Below are positions 26,054-37,507 of a stretch of 64,000 nucleotides of DNA, in pieces. Each line of letters begins with the position of its first letter. Position 1 is the first letter of the stretch. The position numbers and the translations under genes are program-made. The stretch comes from Octopus sinensis (Eukaryota), in contig NW_021831988.1 in assembly GCF_006345805.1 (NCBI RefSeq), positions 124,001 through 188,000 of the forward strand, given 5' to 3'. The notes below the pieces were generated by a model. That model saw only the letters and a list, made by a program, of their open reading frames with translations, was not told the DNA's origin and ran no database searches.

Positions 26054-27289
26054 TTATATAAAATTCCGTAATTTCTCTTGAAGGTAAAAGTCTGTGAGAA
26101 AATTGTCGTGAATCTCATAGAGTGACTCAATCTCTGCCTTCCTCCCCAATGACCCCAACACCCCCAACTCCTATAAACTCAACAAATTCACTTCCTGCTT
26201 AAAATCCCCTCCAAAATCCATTTTCCCCACAAAATCAATCATCAAGTCAATTTTGTGTGTGTCTCTCTCGTTGTGTTTGACTGTCCCCTGTATATTGAAT
26301 CGGTCAATCTCTGAAGGATACACTCCCAGCCACGTCAACTCCGGAGTGGGGACCAACATCCTCTTCCTCCCCCCATGGAGATATGTCAGGACTATTTCCA
26401 CCCCTCAAATAACCCACAAGAACTAACCATGTGGGTCAGCATCCACCAAAACAAACCCGGGAATATTTAATTTATTTATTATATGGTTAACCAACGAAGA
26501 CGTTTTTTTATCAGGATATCCCTTCCCCTAAATATCCCCAACCCAACCAAAACTGTGATCAGCAAAGTGTCCGGAAATTTACTCCTAAAGCCATGACTTA
26601 GCAAATGTTGGAAAACACTATCTTTCTCGACTACAAGCAGTGAATTGACTGTTTTTGGATAATATATATCTGCCTATTGTAGAAATGACTTACAGGCAAT
26701 GTCGGAAGAGTCCACTGTGATGGGAGTTCCCTAAATCGTTTTTTAAATGGACAATACACTGAGAGAGTCGCAGTTTGTGATCTTGTTGTGGCTTAAAAGT
26801 GAAATATTGCCAGAAATCAGTCCTTTGGCTGAACAAGACTAAAATTTAAATTTTCTGGCTGAACTATCCCGAGGTCTCTGTCTGACAGATTCATGGCCCG
26901 ACTGAGTCTTCTTATTAGAGTTACAGTCATTCTCTGGTTGGGAAATGTTTGTATATTTCTGTAATAAATGTCTCTGGCTTTGAATCACTGTGGGGAACCT
27001 TGTTGTGATTTCAAACGACCTTTGTAGACAGGATTGGGAGATTTTGAGTATTTTGAATATGTTTACTTGAATATAATTTAGTAAATTACCTGCGGTTAGG
27101 ATTGACTTTCGATTGGCCAGGTTGAGCCATATTTTAAGATGTGGAGAATTGTTGTTTATGATAAGAATTCGTCGTGATTTGCTGTTGATGTTTATTAAAA
27201 AATCAAGGATTATTTTTTCAATTTCTTTCAAAATGTGGTTTTTTTGATTACTATTTATTTTATTGGATTAAAGCGACAAACTTATTCAT
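26054..27289 (-). CDS. SPO11: Meiotic recombination protein Spo11, multi-intron
   Basis: Spliced TT-RDIYY (catalytic Tyr), SAKGLISG, VVEKDSVF, IT-GKGYPD, LVDADPH-GVEI, WLGVYPSE and KAEIESL. Confidence 0.93.
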
Positions 27290-27617
27290 CAACTAAAACA
27301 AACAAACTTTTCCCTCTATTGAATATAAAGACTATTAAAGTTAATTTTTATTATTTAAAATAACAATTAAGTTACAATAAATAATTAATTTTTTAAGATT
27401 GTTTTTGCTTTTCAGGTTCCAAAAAAAGAGTGACATTTCAAGCGGCATGACCCAAAGGGCGAGAACGCCGAAGCATCAAGCAAACCCAGAATTTTTCTGT
27501 TTATTTTATGAACTGATTAGAAAAATAACCACTATTTAAAAATTAATAATAAATGTTATTTTTATATTTTTAATAAATATATTTAAATTGTTAGTGTTTC
27601 TGGTGGTGGATAAATTT

Positions 27618-27937
27618 ATGGTTTCACGATTGCTACCTCTTCTTCGTTCGCTTAAAAAATTTACCAAAAATGTAAAAAATGTTTTTAAATGCTAATTTCA
27701 GCCAAATTTCACAGACTCCCAAATCTACTCATATTTATGTCGGGCAGCCGTAGAGTGGAATAAAGACAGTGCAGACCACATGATGTCTTCTTTGAATGAT
27801 TATCTCAAGGCAACCCACACAATGAACGTAACAAATAAATAATATTTCAGAACTTGATTGATAAATATAAATCTGCAGAGTCAGACCTTCACAAGTCTGC
27901 TGAAAGAGTCGGGTTTTGTCTTCCTTCTAAACAATAA
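27618..27937 (+). CDS. FMC1: FMC1-like mitochondrial complex V assembly factor (2 tiny introns; absent from ORF track)
   Basis: MVSRLLPLLRSLKKFTKN-PNFTDSQIYSYLCRA...-NLIDKYKS...SAERVGFCLP resembles FMC1 DTAAYRYLVKA...SAGLVGLKLP. Confidence 0.7.
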
Positions 27938-28025
27938 ATTGTCCCCACGTGAATAATAAAAATAATTTATTTAAAAATTAAAAAAATATTTTATTAAAAT
28001 AAAATTGTAATTAACAAATTGTTAT

Positions 28026-28388
28026 TTATGGAATGGGATAGTCTATTTCGTAATCACTGTCTTGAGATGCACGACTTATTTCATAAAACTGTTCATTTAG
28101 TTTTAAGAATTCGTGAATATTCAAATACCTGTGATATTCCTTATATACTCTACACATCACACGTAGGACTAACAGAGTGCACGTCGCACATAACGAATAT
28201 CCAAGTAATGACATTTTGAAAGCCCTTTTTATGCGGTCTATTATATATATTGAGATATAACTGGTAAACATGTAGGATATTAGTCCTGTTGTTGTCCCTC
28301 CTGCCAGGCCGTATCGTATGGCTACTTGAAGACAGTCCCTCCTCTACATAACCACATTAAACCATACAGATTCAGAATTGACAGGCAT
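28026..28388 (-). CDS. COX20: COX20-like cytochrome c oxidase assembly factor (3 tiny introns)
   Basis: Spliced RRDCLQVAIRYGLAGGTTGLISYMFT-NRIKRAFKMSLLGYSLCATC resembles COX20 CARESILYG...FLFTSRIRR with two TM segments. Confidence 0.58.
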
Positions 28389-28437
28389 TCCACACAAGAA
28401 CACAATTATTTAAATAATTTAATAAAATAAAAACAAA

Positions 28438-29186
28438 TTAATCAAATTTAATGTTAGAATGAATAAAGCAGTCAAAAAGATAGTCCAAATCATTCGACGC
28501 AAAATTAAAATTCTTTCTGAACTTAACATTTGGCAGCAGCAAATCAACAAAAATAAAAATATTTCGTCTCAGACAAACAAGACAGTCCCCCAAATCCTGG
28601 AGGGAACACTTTTCGTGGCATATCTCGTCCTCCTCCCTGCACATCCCACAACTCGTCCTCGAGTCCAAACGAATTCGTCGTTGGTTGTCATTCCGCCCCA
28701 CCAAATCCTCGTTTTTCCGTAAAATTGTGCACAAATCGACCAACAGTTGTTCAATATCCCCAGTTCTGTGGTCAAATTGGTCGAGAAATTGCAAATTGGG
28801 GCATATTTTGACTACAAATTCGAAAACTTGTCTTCTTAGGTGGACAATCCTGCCAATTAGAGCACATTTGAGTTGTTGTTCGAGGGATTCGAGGGCCTGT
28901 AGTTTGAGATGGTCGTTGTTTGTCTGATTTGGGGTGTTTTGAGGGATGTTTGTGTCGAGTTCTTCCTCGGGGGAGTCTTCATCACTATTTTTTGGACGGT
29001 TCACTGAGACTGGGCGACTTTGTTGGGGATTGTAGCCTCTGAATTTTGATTTTTTGTTGAGGTTTTCTATTATTCGGGAATTTAACACCACATCGGAAGG
29101 TTTTCGTAGAAGATCACGTTTTTTGGCACTACGTCGGAGGAAGTTTGAGCCTATTTCATCTCAAATAAGACACCACCTTGACTCAT
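28438..29186 (-). CDS. Orphan protein with low-complexity N-terminus and Cys-rich C-terminal region
   Basis: 217-codon open exon plus a short first exon (MSQ-GSNFLRR, 26-nt intron). Gene-like GC content and skew. Confidence 0.6.
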
Positions 29187-29311
29187 TGTACAATTTTAAA
29201 AATTTTATTTATTATTTTTAAGTGTACTTATATTAATAAATTCTACCAAAGTTTAATTAAAATATCAAATAAAAGTTTACGTTTATTGTGAAATAAAATT
29301 TGTTAAAATAT

Positions 29312-32046
29312 TTATTCTTCGTCACATTCACGGATTTTTGAAATTTGAAGACGACTTGAGACATCGGGAATCAAAAAACTTATCAATTTTTGCAAAGAAA
29401 AAATAACATTCTACTCTCAAAAACGAACAAGACCTGGAAAATTATGACAAATGCAAGTCTAAGGGCCATTAGTTTCCAGTAAAACACGTCCGTGGCTCCA
29501 CTATCCTCCACAAACCCAAAATATCTTAAAAATTGAATTCGAAGAAACCTGCAAGACGTTCCGTTGAATTTGTGAACTTTCAAACTGAAATTGAGGTAGT
29601 CTGTTAGTTCATTATTTGCCTCAAATACATACAGAAGACGTGGGAAAATATCCGACGTGAAGGAAATGATTACTGCCTGTTTATAATCATCAACAAAATA
29701 ACATTTGATAAAACTGCTGCAAATAAAATCCATTCGATGATCCCCCACCAAATGTATTCCCCGTGTTCAAATACGTCTCGTCTGGAGTATTTGACGAACT
29801 TGGAAGCATCGACTCTAATCTCGAATATGTTGTTGATAAAGGCAAAAAGCGGGGCCAGTGGAAAGGCGCTTGAAAACATTGTCAATAAAGAAAATTGAAT
29901 CACTGCAAAATATTGGTCTACACAACCCATTTCTGAATATTCCTGAATCAATCCAGGACACGTGCACAACGAATAATCACGTGTCCAAGGGGAACCACGT
30001 GCATTGGGTTCATTCAGATTCCTCCAGACTTTTATTTTGCTAAAATAGGCGGAGAAAGGACTAACGGGAGCCATATTTCCACAATATTGTTGACAATTTG
30101 ACTGCCAATCATAAACACAGCCAGTTGGATAGCGAGTTCTCCCATGCAGCCCTGAGTCCCGCACTGCACGATTAGAATCTAAAAAGACATTTGGAAGTCT
30201 TGCTTTGAAGATTCTGCCGTAGTGGTTGGGGTATCCTGAAAGTCTAGGTTATGACACATTTCTTGTACTCGTTTTTTAAGAATGCAATGTACATGAGTGG
30301 AAATGTAAAGTTGACAAACTGAAACCCAAAAAACTTGATGAGATAACTTTTGTCAAAACTTTTTTGTGTTTTGTGTAGTTCTGGAACTATTAGACTACTT
30401 ATAACCCCATTCAGTTATCTTGACAGCTATTCTTTGGTAAAATATCTCCAAAATTTTAATCATCATGAAATTAATGACAGATCCCGTCCCCGAGGCCACC
30501 AGACTGGCAGTACTATTCACATATTTATTCTGAATCATCCTCAATGTTTTGGCCACCACAACACGGTAGACAATCACTCCCACGATGGCCATTCCCACGA
30601 CAAATATCTGATTCGCCATTACCATTAAACCATAAATCCAAACAAAATTCCCGAGGCTACCATCCTCAGAAAATTCGTTTGAGGAAAAAACAAAGTTTGA
30701 CGAGAAGAATTGAGTTGACTTGCATAATACGCTGGACGAATTTTGTCCTGAATTTAATTTGGGTTTTAATAACTTTGGTGGAATCGGTTATTTCTCCCCA
30801 GGAAATTTGGTAATTAGTTTTTTGTCTTTTCCATAACTCCACAAACACAACGCCTCATATAGAAATATAAACTAAGTACCACATAAGCACATGAAAATGG
30901 AATATGCCAATGTTCCGTAGTTGTCAAAAACAAACTTGAATTTGGCTGAGGAACAACTCGTTTTTAGCTTCCAAAAAGGACAAAAGTCACATTCTTTGCA
31001 CATAATGTACTCACTGTTGCAAATATCCGATCTACGCGTTAGTCCAGGTGGGTACATAATTGTGGCATAGTTCTGTTGGGAAACTTGGTATAAAAATATT
31101 CCAATCCCAAAAATTGAAGCCAGGAAGAGGATTATTGTGTAAGTCTCTAAAAACATAATTCAAAGTTGTTTTAAACCAAGCCATAAAAAATACATTGCCA
31201 CACTTTCTCCGAAATAGTATCGGATATGGTCAATCGGCTGGAATGTGAGAATTTGTCCAAAATTGGCCCAATACTTTAAAAGTGTACTTCTCATGTTCGT
31301 TTCCTCCGCCAAATTCTAAAAATAATAAATCAGTCTTTCCTCGTGGAGTGGAAAGGCACAACTGAAGGCTTCGTTATCAAACAGGTGGTCGATTCCAACC
31401 CGATCTTGGTCCGTCACGTCGCATTTTGTCTCAGATAAAATCGTCCACAGTATTCTCTGTCGATTTACTGGAGAAAAGTCCAATCCTGTCATTTTAGCAT
31501 GTTCTCTGTCGTCGTGACAAATGTCTTACTCTTTGGAATTCATGAACAAGTGATTTGTTTCTTTGAAAGGCTCGAAAGGTGCTTTTGATTTTATTCGAGG
31601 AAACAAATTGGACCAGGGAGGAAAGTATCGACATTCCGTGGGACTGTTCTGAAATTTGGTCGTGACTTATTTACTTTAATCGGCCTTCGCATGTTCAGTT
31701 TTTTGGCAAATTTGGATATTACGTGAAAGGGGGCATAAAGTTTGACAAAATAAATAGTTTTATTGTTGACTGTTTCAACACACTGTCAGTTCTTATCATA
31801 AATATTACTTGCTCGAGCTCAACACCCTCAAGTTTGAGATTATTTAGAAAATAATTACGACAGGCCTTCATTTGATCATCATTTTTGTAGACCAAAACGA
31901 AATCTAGCGTGTTTAGTAAAACTGACCGACGCATCTTATTCCGTCATCGAAATAGTGCAATTGTCCGGGCACATCTCGGAATGTACTTTTGATATTAAAA
32001 CAATGTACATTTGTCCATCCAAATTTATTATTGCTTCGATCGACAT
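29312..32046 (-). CDS. Anoctamin/TMEM16 family channel or scramblase, multi-intron
   Basis: YFDDGIRCV-DFVLVY; FVELWKRQKTNYQISWGE; YSEMGCVDQYFAVIQFSLLTMFSSAFPLAPLFAFINNIFEIRVDASKF; FYWKLMALRLAFVIIFQ. Confidence 0.92.
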
Positions 32047-32695
32047 TGCGGATCCGATTAGTAATCCAATTTAAATAATCGTTTTGTTTTTTACCGAGTC
32101 ATTAATGGTTTCAAACCGCACAATAAATTTTATCGGAATCAAATCATTTTAATAAAAAATCGACGGAATTAATTGAATATTAAATTCAGATTACACCAGA
32201 AAGCAGAGGGCGAATTCACGTGAATCTATGTTAGATATTTTGAATGAAAAGGTCCAAGAGATTGGAAAATTACTCCGCGGAGTGCAAATAGTTTTGTGGA
32301 AATTGAATTTACAATCAAAACTCAACTAAGAATACAAGCCTGACATATTCTTTTTTGGTAAAAAGAGAATTGAATATGGAAATGGGTAAATTCTTTATTA
32401 GAATTTAAAATCAGTAAAAGAGGAAAAACTACACAAATATGACATTCTAGAATTACAATTGTTTTTAACTGGAATGAAATTATTTTTATATTATTCAACA
32501 AATATATGTTTCTTTTTAAAATCCAAGAAATTGGCCAAGTATGGAACCAAATAACTGGAGAGGATTATTATGAAGACAAACTTACATGACACTGCTGAGG
32601 GGCAAAGTGCTATGAAAAACGAAACTTAATTAATTATTTATTTTACTTTAATTATTGTAATAAAATTTTTAATTAATAAAAAAATTTAATTTGTA

Positions 32696-34227
32696 ATGTC
32701 TTGTTTAGTTGCTCCACTTGTTTCTGCTGTATTTGATTATATTTATTAATAGGTGGCCTGTTGCTGCGGATCTGCAGCTTGTTCAGTTTGTTGTTGCAGC
32801 TGCTGTCCAAAACAGACAAGTTCGACAGTCACCCGACTTATATACGGACTATTCCTATTCATCTGGATAGGCATAGCTGCCCTCTTCATGCTCCCCAGTA
32901 TGCGAGACAAAGTCGAAAAGGTGACCTTCTCTAACATCCACAGATCCCTTTCCTATGTAAAGGCTACACGGTGGTCAATCCGATCATTTCCGCGGAGAAA
33001 TGCCACAACTTGGCCTCCTACCTGTCCGCCTATCGAGTTTGTTTTGGACTGGCAATGTTCTTTCTAATCATGTCCATCTTCGTCGTGGGGGTTTTGAGTT
33101 CGGATACATGCCGTGGAAAATTCCACAACGGATTTTGGGGGATCAAAGTCCTTTTCTGTTTGGGATTTGTCGTTTCCGCGTTTTTTATCCCCGGCGGTGA
33201 ATTCGAAAAAGGTTAAAATCCGTTTTTGATTGGTCAGTTTGGCTGGTCATTTCAATGACGGGGGCTTTTTTGTTTATTTTAATACAATTGTTGTTGTTGG
33301 TCGACTTTGCCCACGTTTGGTGCGAGTCGTGGCTGGAAAAACACTCAGAATCGACTCACCAAGGCTGGATTGTCTGTCTTTCCTTATTCACGTTCTTGTT
33401 CTACTCTCTGAGCATTGCCTGCTTCGGGCTATTGCTGACATACTACACGGGAAGTGGGGTTTGTGGGTTTGGGTTGTTTATTGTAGAATGCATGTGGGTT
33501 GAATAAAGCTGTCATTTCGATTTATTTCCTGATTTGCTGTGCTTTTACTGTTGTGTCTCTTCTTCCTGCAGTACAAGAAGGTTTGTGGGGGATTTATTGT
33601 AGCGACGTCGACTTCTGGGATATTCCAAGCTTCGGTCATGTCGGCTTATCTTGGATTCCTGACTTGGAGTGCTCTTAATAGTTCTACTGGTTTGTGTTTT
33701 ATGTGACTGAAGATGTTGCTTGTAATCCCGGAATGTCAAACATCACCTCATTTTCCAAGATTACAAAAAGTGGTTTGCCCTCGTCTGATTGGCTGTCGTT
33801 GTTTATTTTTGTTGTGGCTGTGCTTTACTCGACGTTGGTGTTGTTTTGGAGTGTAGAATGTCGAGTTCGACCAACGCGAGTTTCTCCAAATTGGCAGGAA
33901 GGGACGACAGTGCTCCCATTACTGTGAAGGCGGTCGAGTCTGGAGGGGATGAGAAGATTGTCGAGGATGAAGAGGAGTGTGTGTCGTACAGTTATTCGTG
34001 GTTTCATGTAATGATGGCCTCCGCTGTGATGTACTGCATGATGTTTATGACCAAGTGGTACATGTAAGGCTGTGTTGCTTATTGATAGACCGAGTCATAG
34101 TACGACTGACCTTGTGCCCACTAATAACTCGTTTTGGGTTAAATGTGTGGCTTCTTGGATGTGTGCTGTTCTTTATTTATGGACTTTGGTTGCCCCTGTG
34201 TTTATCACTTCCCGGGACTTTACTTAA
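32696..34227 (+). CDS. SERINC: Serine incorporator (SERINC/TDE) membrane protein, multi-intron
   Basis: [13 protein letters not shown]...STVTRLIY; [11 protein letters not shown]; FHNGFWGIK; [20 protein letters not shown]; YSYSWFH; FWVKCVASW...LWTLVAP...RDF*. Confidence 0.93.
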
Positions 34228-35057
34228 TTTGATTGTATATTCATTATAATATTTAACACGTGGTTTCCTATTACTTTTGGTGAGGAATTATTAGTCCATT
34301 CTCTTCCTATAATTAGGCAAGTACTTTTCTTGGCTCACTTAAATTTTCCGAATTTCAATATTGGTTTTCAAAAACATGAATTTAATATTTGTCTAAAATG
34401 ATCTAACAAATTTGATTTAATCCAAACAAAGGATGTTTTGATGAGAATTAGTAAATTTGGTCATTGCGTATTGTTTACATGTAATATCAAACATAATCTA
34501 TGAAAATTACAAATGTTAGTAATTTGTGGCACCGGGTGTTCATTAATGTGCCACATCCCACAAGGTGACCCCAAATATTGCGATAGGTCAAATAAAAGAC
34601 ACTATTCTTGTGTTCCTAAGACAATCTAATATTTTTTGTATACTCAAAAGCCTTTTAATCATTAAATATATTGGAAAACACAATGGTAGCATCATGTCAG
34701 AGTGATTTATTTGTTTCCCTAGATGACCTATTTTTGATTTCCCAGAAATATTTTTTTACTTTGCTTAATCCATATTATTTAAAGTTCTGATCGATCAAGT
34801 ATGTCATTTCCAATTTAAACTCTCTTTTATGCGCATTATTTCATTTAATGCATAAATCGACGCTTTCCGATCACATCGAATAACTCACCTCGTTCCGCTT
34901 GTCATTTCATTGAGAAGACAACTCAAAATAAACCTAAAAACACCACAAAATATCTCCCCTGACCATTTAATAGCACTAAATAGGACACTAATGAATAAAT
35001 GAACAACAATCATCAGTAACGGATATTAGAATGATAATATGAGAAAGTTAAACTGGG

Positions 35058-35652
35058 CTAATTAAGAGAATCTCGAACCAAGTTTTGAACCTTCTTTTTG
35101 AACAAAACTGGATCGTCACGAAAATCATGTGCCGCCTCCAAATTTGCAGGACTTTCCGTATTCGGTTCTAAAAATCAGTCCAATTTGCCGGAAACCAGAC
35201 AAAAGTGACACCACAGAGAGCAGGACACTTGATATTGACTGTGCCGCACACCAACGCTCATCACTGTTCTCGTAAAAGTTGGGATCTTCGCCCGGCGGAT
35301 GTAGAATTGAGACACAGACTCGTCCGTCTTCATAAACTAGAATATGTTTAAAAGAAATGACTGTTTGGGTGATAAATGGGTGATATAAATCGCAGTTCTG
35401 GTGGCTCAATTGGGTAGTCAGTAGAAAACTTGAGTTGGGCACTGAAAATTCCGTCTTCGTAGAAGGTCCCGGGGGGTCCAATCATCACGACGTTCCACAA
35501 AAAGAAATTCTCGTCGCTCTCAGGTTCGGCAAATATATTTGGCAACTGTTCTTGTCTTAATTCTATAAATCGAGATTAAATCATGTGGTTGTGCTTAAAA
35601 ATTGTCATTTATTACGTTGTAGTTCCTGAACTAATCGTCTTTTGGCCTGCAT
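35058..35652 (-). CDS. UBE2G2: Ubiquitin-conjugating enzyme E2 G (Ubc7-type), 3 introns
   Basis: GPPGTFYEDGIF...YPIEPP...[32 protein letters not shown]...EPNTESPAN, with catalytic Cys and acidic loop. Confidence 0.88.
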
Positions 35653-36375
35653 CACAATGCACAACAAGCACTTGTAATTAACAGTTTATCGAAATTTTAT
35701 ATTCATATTAAATAACTTCTTTATTTAATAAAAAACCAATTAACTATTTGATTTTATAACTAAATATTGAGGCTTTGGAATAATTAAAGGGCCGCACTTA
35801 CCTACCTTTAATGGCTCTGCAGACCTCCAAGAAAGTACAATTTATCGTCTCTGGCTGACAGGGATCAAAAGATTAACATTCCACCTTTGACTTTTCTCTC
35901 ATTATATTAATGTTAAAAGAAATTAAAATACAAGTTGGAATGTCTTAAAATTTTGACTAAAAATTGTTAAACATTTCTCATTGATCAGACTTTGGCTCGA
36001 GCTCGGTTTATTCTATCATTTATCAAATTTTCTTCATACAAGTAATCTGGTGAGTCTCGCTAACACATGTAATAGATAAACAGTACAATCACTCCAGTTG
36101 ATTAAAGTTACGTGTTTTATTTGTACATGAGAGAATATATTAGAAGTATAATAAATGAGCACTTATACAATCGATAATACAGACGCAAATTTACTTAACT
36201 TATCCAGAAAAATCAGCACGTAAATTTCTTTAACTACTACATAAAAATTAAGATTAGCTTAACATTCAGTCGTCGAAAGAGGTTTTGAGATTTTTTATGT
36301 TAGAATCCTAAATTCCTTGACATAATTCGACTAAGCAAAAGTATTAGTATTTTTTTTAATGAAACAAGTATTTAA

Positions 36376-36661
36376 TTTTTTTTTTTTAGGCTCACAAATT
36401 TAATTTTATTAACCAAAACGAAGCTAGATTAGTCTAATTTTTGCAGGGAGTATTTAATTACAAGTTAATTAGTTAAAAGCTTCATGGGCGGGAAGCCGAC
36501 GCGATCGAGAAAGAATTAGAGCGTACTATCGCAAGGGATATCCGCTCGAAAAACCATCTCGATTCGCGGGCGTCGCCTGTGATAGCAGACATGCGGGACC
36601 CGATCTCTTGCAGGATTGCAAATTCTACAGATCAGATAATGAAAATACCGATTGTACAGTC
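36376..36661 (-). mobile_element. 5'-truncated CRE-like retrotransposon with poly(A) tail and 9-bp TSD
   Basis: LQEIGSRMSAITGDARESRWFFERISLAIVRSNSFSI*; T-run at 36376-36387; tatttaatt at 36369-36377 and 36662-36670. Confidence 0.75.
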
Positions 36662-36972
36662 TATTTAATTAAGATTAAAGGGTTCCACAATTTTAAAAAA
36701 CTGTAAATATTTAAAAAAAACTGGAAATTTTTGTTGTTTTAAAATTAGTGAAAATGGGGTCAGTTTAATCTAATTTTTAAAGCATTTTTGGTTGAAACTA
36801 TTATTCGTCGTATCTTTCTTCATCAAACTCCGAACACAATAAGTTCATATAACTGCAATTTTGCAGGGATCTTGACGGTATTTTTGACTGGAGGAAGACT
36901 CAAGTAAATGAAATAGTGTCGAGTGATTGTTTATAAAGAATTTGCTGATTTGGTTTTTTTATAAATTGATTT

Positions 36973-37507
36973 GGTACTTTTGTAGTAGTCTACAGCCACT
37001 TTTTAGCGAGTTTCAAAATAATACTATTTTTTCCAGTGATAATATATGTGTTTTATAATTAATTACTATAAAAAATGAATTATTTACTAATTTTTTTTAA
37101 TTTCAAGAAATTCCGAAGAATATCCTTTCCAACAGTCCGATATTAAAATAGTTCCTTCTTCAACATTGTTCAATATCGCATTTGAGAGAGTCTCCATTGT
37201 ACGGTCTGGGATCATCTCAAGGAAACAGCTTTTTGTCTCTCGACATATCCCTCCAAATACCCATTGCTTGGGCAATACTCGGCCTTTGTTAAATTTGCGT
37301 TTTGAGAAATGACTCTCATCTATCTCGACTACCATTCCTTCACCTCCTAATACTATTTAAATATACACTAACCTATTTTCCTTCTTCGACGAGATGTGAG
37401 TGATTGTATGCAAATATCACGAAGGTACATCGACCAATCCACAGTCGTGTGCCCAGCTCACCCCAAAAACTCGCTAAAAAGTGGCTGTAGACTACTACAA
37501 AAGTACC
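36973..37507 (-). mobile_element. Internally deleted Merlin (ISXO2/IS1595-like) DNA transposon
   Basis: Perfect 41-bp TIRs starting GGTACTTTTG, 8-bp TSD ATTGATTT, and a transposase piece TVDW...KI-GGEGMVVEIDESHFSKRKFNKGR...WVFGG with a 26-nt intron at 37347-37372. Confidence 0.9.

Noticed and set aside
715-27440. GTGAC(A/T) as a shared promoter motif
   Set aside because: Position and orientation are inconsistent and it is absent upstream of several genes.
32100-32630. Small plus-strand gene between anoctamin and SERINC
   Set aside because: Only short open patches, with no consistent start or splice solution.
35563-35615. Roughly double-length introns (53 nt in UBE2G2; 55 nt at 51872-51926 in PRPF4) as recursive twin introns
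   Set aside because: The internal AGs are not followed by GT, and using them gives a frameshift or stop. They are treated as ordinary longer introns.
35791-35880. ACTTACCT resembling the U1 snRNA 5' end, or AGGTAGGTAAG resembling a spliced-leader donor (also at about 21848)
   Set aside because: No U1 stem-loops or Sm site follow, and an 8-11 nt match is expected by chance.
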